45,855 nucleotides of DNA, taken from IMG/VR virus record IMGVR_UViG_3300014494_000003. One strand, written 5' to 3'. The notes beneath the pieces are model-generated. The model searched no databases. It saw only the letters and a program-made list of their open reading frames with translations, and was not told where the DNA came from. The position numbers and the translations under genes are program-made. Below, piece by piece: positions 39,872 through 45,855 of the stretch (positions within the stretch are counted from its first letter, which is position 1; each line of letters starts with the position of its first letter). This stretch comes from a virus.

Positions 39872-40396
39872 ATGGCGAACGTGAACAATCCCTTCGGCCT
39901 GCGCTCTCTCGGCGTCACGCTGAGCGGGGGCGCGCCGCAAATCGAACTTTATGACAAGGTCGTCGGCTACGGCACGGCGGTCTTTCCCGGCGATGCCGTC
40001 AACCAGGTGGCGGACGGCTCGATCGAGAAATCGGCGACGCCAGGCTCGACGCTGTTCAGCGGCGTGGCACTGGACTACGGCGCCGCCCTCAAGGCCACGG
40101 ATCACCTGGTGATCGTCAGCCCCGACGCGATCTTCGTGACACAGTGCGACGACGATGCCACCGGCCTGGTGGCCGCGGATCGCGGCCTGAACTGCAACCT
40201 GATCCTGGGCGCGGGCAGCGCGACCACGCTCAAAAGCGCTCACCAGCTCGACACCAGCACCAAGCAGACCACCAGCACGCTCGACATGAAGCTGCGGCGG
40301 CTGTTCGGTGTTCCGGACAACGCCTACGGCGAATGGTCCCGCTGGGAAGTGGTGTTCAACAACCACCGCAACGCGATGGGGACGACTGCCGTCTAG
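39872..40396 (+). CDS. Head decoration / cement-like beta-barrel protein (candidate)
   Basis: AAGGAG lies 7 nt upstream of the ATG. MANVNNPFGLRS...AVFPGDAVNQVADGSI recalls decoration proteins encoded just before the capsid gene. Confidence 0.45.
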   Translation: MANVNNPFGLRSLGVTLSGGAPQIELYDKVVGYGTAVFPGDAVNQVADGSIEKSATPGSTLFSGVALDYGAALKATDHLVIVSPDAIFVTQCDDDATGLVAADRGLNCNLILGAGSATTLKSAHQLDTSTKQTTSTLDMKLRRLFGVPDNAYGEWSRWEVVFNNHRNAMGTTAV

Positions 40397-40434
40397 CGGA
40401 AACCCGCGAAGACTGAACAGGAGAAGACACAGAA

Positions 40435-41364
40435 ATGATGATCAGAACTCAGTACCCCGACCTCTTCTTGGCGAGCATGTTGCCCGCCATCAACGCCAGC
40501 GTGATGAAACGGTTCCAGCGCGACGCTCCGGTCTACTCGCAGGTGTTCCGCGTGGAGACCAGCTCGCGCTCCATCGAGCAGCACAGCGAGATCACCGGCC
40601 TCGGCAACATGGTCGAGATCCCCGAGGGCGGGGACATGCGCTACGACTACAGCGTGCCCGGGTTCGACAAGACCTTCGTGCACAGCCAGTTCGGTTTGGG
40701 CTTCAAGGCCAGCCGGCTGCTGGCCGACGACGACCGCTTCGGCATCATCAAGAAGCTCTCCAGCGAGCTGGGACGCTCCGCCGCCGAGACCATCGAGCTG
40801 GCGGCCGTCAGCGACTTTAACAACGGCTTCACGGCTGGCTCTACGGCCGGCCCGGATGGCGTGGCGCTGTTTTCGACCGCACACCCGATGGTGAAGAGCG
40901 GCGCCACGCAGGCGAACACGCTCAGCTCCGCCGCCGACCTGGACATCGCGTCCCTCGAACTGGCGCTGACCGACTTCCGGCTGATGAAGGACCCGGCCGG
41001 CAAGATGATCCGGTTGGAGCCCAAGCAGCTCATCATCCCGGCGCAGCAGGAGTTCGCCGCCGCCGAGATGCTGAAGGGCACGATGCGGTCCGACACCGCG
41101 AACAACACCATCAACGCCTTCAAGAACCGCATCGGCATGGAGTCGTTCGACTCCATCCTCGTCTGGAAGTACCTCAGCGACGCCGATGCCTGGTTCATCC
41201 GCGCCGACAAGGAAGACATCGACCTGATCTTCTACTGGCGCGAGCGCTTCAACGTGGTCCACGAGGTTCACTTCGATTCGAGGACGATCAAGACCGCTTC
41301 CTGGATGCGGTTTTCACACGGCTGGTCCAACTGGTACGGCCTGTATGGAGTTCCGGGGGTCTAA
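40435..41364 (+). CDS. Major capsid protein, HK97 fold
   Basis: It is 309 aa. The pattern ...ITGLGNMVEIPEGGDMRYD...FGLGFKASRLLADDD...GPDGVALFSTAHP...LIIPAQQEFAAAEML... is typical of gpT/E-type major capsid proteins. Confidence 0.8.
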   Translation: MMIRTQYPDLFLASMLPAINASVMKRFQRDAPVYSQVFRVETSSRSIEQHSEITGLGNMVEIPEGGDMRYDYSVPGFDKTFVHSQFGLGFKASRLLADDDRFGIIKKLSSELGRSAAETIELAAVSDFNNGFTAGSTAGPDGVALFSTAHPMVKSGATQANTLSSAADLDIASLELALTDFRLMKDPAGKMIRLEPKQLIIPAQQEFAAAEMLKGTMRSDTANNTINAFKNRIGMESFDSILVWKYLSDADAWFIRADKEDIDLIFYWRERFNVVHEVHFDSRTIKTASWMRFSHGWSNWYGLYGVPGV

Positions 41365-41386
41365 GCGGCCCTGAAGACAGATTGAC

Positions 41387-41408
41387 GGGGCTGCCTGCGC
41401 GCGGCCCC
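41387..41408 (+). terminator. Hairpin after the capsid gene (possible attenuator)
   Basis: ggggctgc ctgcgc gcggcccc forms an 8-bp stem including one G-U pair, followed by tcctct. Confidence 0.35.
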
Positions 41409-41437
41409 TCCTCTGAAAGGACACAAGGAAAACCACC

Positions 41438-42421
41438 ATGGGAATCACGAAATTTGACATTCTCCAGGCCAACGCCTACTTGGGGGCGATGTTCCCCTCG
41501 CGGGGCAAGGACATCTTCGTCCTACCGAGCAGCGGCAAGGACGGCAACGACGGGCTATCGCCGTACACTGCGGTGAAGACGCTCCCTGCAGCTCTCGCGC
41601 TGGCCACGGCCAACCGGAACGACCGGGTGTGGCACATCAGCGAGGGCAACTCTGCCGCGCTGTGCACGGATTACCAGTCCAGCACGCTCGACTGGAACAA
41701 GGACGGCGTCCATTTGTACGGCGTGAACAGCGGCGTGAGCGCTTCGCCGCGCAGCCGGGTCAGCCTGCTTGCCGCATACGCCACCGCTTCCAATCTGTTC
41801 ACTGTCTCGGCGTCCAACTGCCGGATTCGCGGGATGGGGTTTTGGGCGGGAGTCGCCAGCGTGCTGCCGACCGGCTGCGTGAAGGTGACCGGCCAGCGCA
41901 ACCGCTTCGAAGGTTGCCACTTCGTCGGCATCGGCGCGACCACCAACGATATTGCGGCGGCCTACTCTCTGAAGCTCGACGGAGCCGAAGAGAACGAATT
42001 CGACCACTGCGTGATCGGCACTTTCAACACGGTTCGCGGCGCGGCGCTCAACAGCGAGATTCTGTTCGACACCGGCGCGAAGGAGAACCTGTTCGAGAAT
42101 TGCCGCGTGATCAGCCAGGTCAGCCACGCCAGCAACCACGTTCTCGTCGAGTTCGCGGACGCGACCAGCGTGGACGGGTACAACTACTTCCAGAACACGA
42201 AGTTCCTGTACCAGTCGGCGAACTACGGCGTGGGCGCGACGGGCGTCATGCGCATCCCGGCTCTGACGCAGGGCTACATCCTCGTCGATGAGCGCTGCGG
42301 GGCGCGGTCTGACTCGAGTGCCGTCACCGTCAAGTGGGACGTCAACGACAACAACAAGATCGTTCTGCTGGGCGCGGCGACTCCGGCGGCCGACACCACG
42401 GGCGTAGGCCGGCTGGTCTAG
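41438..42421 (+). CDS. Right-handed beta-helix protein, 327 aa
   Basis: SSGKDGNDGLSPYTAVKTLPAALALA is a pectate-lyase-type entry motif. Repeated short strands (NCRIRG, NRFEGCHF, NEFDHCVI, NLFENCRV) mark the helix rungs. Confidence 0.6.
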   Translation: MGITKFDILQANAYLGAMFPSRGKDIFVLPSSGKDGNDGLSPYTAVKTLPAALALATANRNDRVWHISEGNSAALCTDYQSSTLDWNKDGVHLYGVNSGVSASPRSRVSLLAAYATASNLFTVSASNCRIRGMGFWAGVASVLPTGCVKVTGQRNRFEGCHFVGIGATTNDIAAAYSLKLDGAEENEFDHCVIGTFNTVRGAALNSEILFDTGAKENLFENCRVISQVSHASNHVLVEFADATSVDGYNYFQNTKFLYQSANYGVGATGVMRIPALTQGYILVDERCGARSDSSAVTVKWDVNDNNKIVLLGAATPAADTTGVGRLV

Positions 42422-42468
42422 GCCGGGCCTGAGCTCGCTGACGACGCGACCGTGAGGAGGATCGACCG

Positions 42469-42810
42469 ATGACGGGACAGCTTCATTTCAAAATCGCCGC
42501 CGGGGCGTCGCTCTCGGGGGCCTGGATGGTGGGGAACCGCGTGCCTGTGCGCATCGAGATGCCCGCAGCATGGGACGCGGCCAACCTCACCTTCCAGACC
42601 TCGCATGACGGCGTCACCTTCCAGAACAAGTACGACGGAATGGGCGCGGGGGCGGAGTTCACGGTAGGCGCGGCAGCCGCGCGCAACATCGACCTGAACC
42701 CTGCGGATTGGATCGGCGTGCGCTGGCTCAAGATCCGCAGCGGCACGGCGGGCACGCCCGTCACGCAGAGCGCGGCGCGGGACATCTACCTCATCACTCA
42801 GGAGGTGTAG
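42469..42810 (+). CDS. Small beta-sandwich-like structural protein, 113 aa
   Basis: ggagg lies upstream of the ATG. Confidence 0.5.
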   Translation: MTGQLHFKIAAGASLSGAWMVGNRVPVRIEMPAAWDAANLTFQTSHDGVTFQNKYDGMGAGAEFTVGAAAARNIDLNPADWIGVRWLKIRSGTAGTPVTQSAARDIYLITQEV

Positions 42811-42812
42811 CC

Positions 42813-43982
42813 GTGGCCTCACGAGCAACCCTACAAGCTCCGCGCGTGGTGCGCAGCGGGCTGGTGGCCGGCTGGCGCATGGGCTGGGACAACCTGCTCC
42901 GCTGCGCCTGCGAACTGGATAACACGACTTGGTGGACCGGGTCCAGCGTCAGCGTCACGCCGAACTCGGTAGCCGCACCGGACGGCACGATGACGGCTGA
43001 CACCATCACGCCGTCGAGCTCAAGCGGCTACCTGTTCCAGAAAGACACGCGCTGGAACTACGCCAACGTGGTCCTCACCTTCAGCGTTTGGCTGCGGGTG
43101 GCCAGCGGGACGAAAACCGTTACCATTGGCGGGCTGGACAATGGCGGCGGGCGCTTCACGAATAACGTCACGGTGACGACGACGTGGCAGCGGTTCTCTA
43201 CGACGGGCTCGACCACCTACTCAACCGAGTTCTGGGGGGCCTTCATCCAATCGCAGAACAACACCACGCCGTTCTATGCCTGGGGCGCCCAGATGACCGA
43301 AGGCAGCGCCGTGCTGGGGCTGCAAAGCAACGGCGCCGCCCTGACCATATCCGACTTCAGCGGCCTGGGCAACAGCCTCACCGTTCCCGCGACTCCCTAC
43401 AACCCCTACACGCGCCTGGCGGGCTTCAGCTTCGTCGGCCAGGCCGGCGTTGATCCTCACGACTACGCCGACGCGGCGGTGGAGTCGCTGAGCGGGGTCA
43501 AGCTGCTCTGCTCGAGTGCGCAGGCCTGGACGGCGGTCGTGGCGGCGCAGGTGCCGGCGGCGCAGCCGCGCGTCAGCTTCGGGACGCTCCTGGGCCGCGC
43601 CAGCGACACAGCAGCCAGCCGCACCTTCGAGCTGGGCGCGACGAACACCGGCCCGGCCTTCTTCGCTTACCTGCGGGGGAGCCTGACCGCCTTGCCCGCG
43701 AACGACGCGCTCTGGCACGTCCACACGATCCGCTGGGACGGGGCGAGCGCGAGCTATTGGATGGACCGAGGCGCGGCCGTGGCCTGCAACGTGGGCGCGG
43801 CGGCCGAGGAAACCGGGCAGCGGATCATCGTAGGCGGCCGAACCAACGGCACCAAGAGCTGCATGTCCGGCATGGTCGGCTGCGTTCTGGTCTACAACCG
43901 TGCGCTGGGCGAGCGCGAGATCCACCGCAACTACAAGGCGCTGGCGCGCGAGCTGAAACCGCGAGGGGTGACTCTGCTATGA
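42813..43982 (+). CDS. Lectin-fold protein: N-terminal carbohydrate-binding-like domain plus C-terminal LamG domain
   Basis: GTG 42813 lies 7 nt after GGAGG. It contains TPNSVAAPDGTMTADTI, and a C-terminal GCVLVYNRALGEREIHRNY, which is the LamG 'vriYnRALs..Ei' signature. Confidence 0.6.
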   Translation: MASRATLQAPRVVRSGLVAGWRMGWDNLLRCACELDNTTWWTGSSVSVTPNSVAAPDGTMTADTITPSSSSGYLFQKDTRWNYANVVLTFSVWLRVASGTKTVTIGGLDNGGGRFTNNVTVTTTWQRFSTTGSTTYSTEFWGAFIQSQNNTTPFYAWGAQMTEGSAVLGLQSNGAALTISDFSGLGNSLTVPATPYNPYTRLAGFSFVGQAGVDPHDYADAAVESLSGVKLLCSSAQAWTAVVAAQVPAAQPRVSFGTLLGRASDTAASRTFELGATNTGPAFFAYLRGSLTALPANDALWHVHTIRWDGASASYWMDRGAAVACNVGAAAEETGQRIIVGGRTNGTKSCMSGMVGCVLVYNRALGEREIHRNYKALARELKPRGVTLL

Positions 43983-44839
43983 CCTGGGGCGAGATCCGGC
44001 TGCTGCTGGTGCGCTTCCGCGCGGGCATTGACGTGGCTCAAGTGACCTCCTGGATGCAGGCGCGCTATGAGCTGATTCTCGACTTCCACGCCTGGAAGGG
44101 GCTCGAGGTCGAGACCTACCTGCAGACGGTCGCGGTGTATCAGACGGGCACCGTCAACGTCACGCAGGGCTCGACGGCGATCACCACGACGGGCACCTGG
44201 ACCGGCTTCACCGGCCGCAAGATCCGCGTGGGCGGGCGCAGTGAGTTCTACACCATCACTTACTCAGGCTCGGCCTGGTCGCTCGACCGCGTGTACGAAG
44301 GCGACAGCGACGCGGCGGCGAGCTACTACGTTTTCCAGCACGTCTACGCGCTGCCCGCCGACCTGAAGACCCTCACGGCGCTGGACTCACCGGACACCGG
44401 CCTGCCTTTGGCGGACTGGACCCGGGAGCAAATGCGCGAGGCGGTGGGGCGCGGGGCCACGCTGGGGCGGCCCGCGGCCTGGGCGCTGACCGACGCCGGC
44501 GACGTGGAAATCTGGCGGGTGCCGGAGGCCTCGACGGGCATACCGCTGCGCTACATCAAGACGGCTCCGGCCTTCACCGGAACGAACACGCGCGACTCCC
44601 CCCTGTCCTGGGTGCCGGCCAACACCATCATGGAGGGAGTGCGCGCGGACATCCTCTTCGCGCTCGAAGACTACAACGGCTCCGACCGCAAGGAGCGGGC
44701 CTTCGCCGAACAGCTCGCCACGATGATGGGCAACGAAGCCATTCGCAAGGGCCCGCGCCCGCTGCGGATGGCCAGCGAGTACACACACCACCGGGTAGAG
44801 CGCGGCCTGCCGCGCAGAGGGAACTTCAGACTGCCATGA
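43979..44839 (+). CDS. Hypothetical virion protein, 286 aa
   Basis: It has ATGA overlaps at both ends. It lies just upstream of the tailspike. Confidence 0.55.
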   Translation: MTWGEIRLLLVRFRAGIDVAQVTSWMQARYELILDFHAWKGLEVETYLQTVAVYQTGTVNVTQGSTAITTTGTWTGFTGRKIRVGGRSEFYTITYSGSAWSLDRVYEGDSDAAASYYVFQHVYALPADLKTLTALDSPDTGLPLADWTREQMREAVGRGATLGRPAAWALTDAGDVEIWRVPEASTGIPLRYIKTAPAFTGTNTRDSPLSWVPANTIMEGVRADILFALEDYNGSDRKERAFAEQLATMMGNEAIRKGPRPLRMASEYTHHRVERGLPRRGNFRLP

Positions 44840-45855
44840 ACACCCCAAAGTATCCACTGGCCGCCGTCGCCTTGAAGGACTTCGGCATCGCGCGCAACCG
44901 CGCCGAGACCACGCTGCTGGCGGCGATCACGTCGGCCTCGCAGACCACCTTCACGGCCTCGGGCAGCGGCTTCGCCGCGCCCTGCTTCGTCACCATCGAC
45001 AACGAGATTCTGGCGATCTACGACGTGACGGGCGACACCTTCACGGTGGGTTATGCGAGTTCGGGCAACGTGGACGGGCGTGGCTGGGACACGGCCAACG
45101 GCGGAGGCGCGGCCGCGGCGCACCTGCTTGGCGCGAAGGTGCGCATCCTGATCGACGCGCAACCGCTCAACCAGGCGTCGGTTGAATTGGTGGAGATCGA
45201 GAAGAAGCTCTCAACCGAGTTCATCAGCGTGCTGGACAAGGGCGCCGATCCTACGGGCAGGACCGACTCCACCGCCGCCTTTCAGGCCGCCATCGACGCG
45301 CTGGACATCAGTACGACCTACGGCACGCTGCGCGGCACGCTCTACATCCCCAAGGGCGAGTACCTGATCTCCAGCATCGTGCTGAAACCCCGCATGACCA
45401 TCCAGGGCGACACGAGCGTGATCCGCAAGACGGGCTCGTCGACCGACCCGATGATGTACCTGCCGGATCTGGGCGTGTTCAGTCCGGACGTGATCCTGCG
45501 CGACTTCCAGCTCTTTGGCGATCCGACCATCGTGCATGACGGGATCTTCCTCGATGGCCGGGCCTCGGTCGCCGGCGGCATCAGCAACGTGCTGGTGTAC
45601 TGGTGCGGCGGCAACGGCATCCACCTGGACCAGGCCAACGTCTATTACCTCCGCAACATCACCGCCCACGCCAACGGCCTCAGGGACATCTTCATCGAGC
45701 ACTCGAACGACGTTTGGATGAGCGACATGACGACGCAGGGCGGGTATGCGAGTGACCCGATCCGGTGCTCCGTCGCGATCGTGGAAGCCAACACCTGCCA
45801 GGGCATCTACGGCAAGAACTTCCATTTCGAGCAGAACGAGTCGGTGCCGCACCTG
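44836..45855 (+). CDS. Tailspike / depolymerase-like protein with right-handed beta-helix, N-terminal part (continues at 124..1125 after circularisation)
   Basis: ATG 44836 overlaps the upstream stop (ATGA). The frame is open to the window end with no stop. My translation contains VLDKGADPTGRTDSTAAFQAAIDA...LYIPKGEYLISS, the entry motif I associate with pectate-lyase-3-type phage tailspikes. Confidence 0.8.
   Translation, partial: MNTPKYPLAAVALKDFGIARNRAETTLLAAITSASQTTFTASGSGFAAPCFVTIDNEILAIYDVTGDTFTVGYASSGNVDGRGWDTANGGGAAAAHLLGAKVRILIDAQPLNQASVELVEIEKKLSTEFISVLDKGADPTGRTDSTAAFQAAIDALDISTTYGTLRGTLYIPKGEYLISSIVLKPRMTIQGDTSVIRKTGSSTDPMMYLPDLGVFSPDVILRDFQLFGDPTIVHDGIFLDGRASVAGGISNVLVYWCGGNGIHLDQANVYYLRNITAHANGLRDIFIEHSNDVWMSDMTTQGGYASDPIRCSVAIVEANTCQGIYGKNFHFEQNESVPHL
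45733..45855. repeat. Terminal direct repeat, exact copy of 1..123
   Basis: Same 123-nt string as the window start. Confidence 0.95.

Overview
The first 123 nt are identical to the last 123 nt (1..123 = 45733..45855), and one reading frame runs straight through the join. The window is therefore a complete circular or circularly permuted replicon of 45,732 bp unique sequence. It is a GC-rich tailed-phage genome with podovirus-like content: I found no tape measure, sheath or tube genes.

Layout:
- Late (+) operon, about 33 kb, running 30216 -> across the junction -> 17416. It encodes a TerS-like protein, a sigma-70-family protein, TerL, portal, an M15 peptidase, scaffold-like proteins, an HK97-type major capsid protein, two beta-helix proteins, a LamG-domain protein, a tailspike, a tail fibre, a GNAT-like protein, internal virion proteins and a 2,706-codon giant ORF.
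- Leftward (-) accessory or lysogeny-type cluster, 17457..20670.
- Palindromic divergent-promoter switch at 20737..20764.
- Rightward early operon, 20789..23127, with a Cas4-like nuclease and a zf-HC2 anti-sigma-like protein. It ends in a clean terminator.
- Small Fim-like tyrosine recombinase, 23453..24022.
- Iteron origin at 24879..24960 followed by a Rep gene, 25257..26570.
- More early genes, including an HNH endonuclease.
- Three (-) regulator genes, 28963..30186.

Most unusual features:
- The giant ORF looks like a virion-borne polyvalent protein. It carries three tandem FtsK-gamma-like winged helices, a ParB/sulfiredoxin-like module and a small nuclease-like module.
- Two of its inter-domain linkers each contain an ATG-initiated small ORF in the +1 frame. 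In those stretches the third-codon-position G+C signal sits in the +1 frame, not in the giant frame.

All domain calls are motif recognition by eye from memory of family signatures. No searches were run. Start codons are chosen from SD-like motifs and 4-nt start/stop overlaps and are less certain than stops. No tRNA, rRNA, CRISPR array or transposase was seen.
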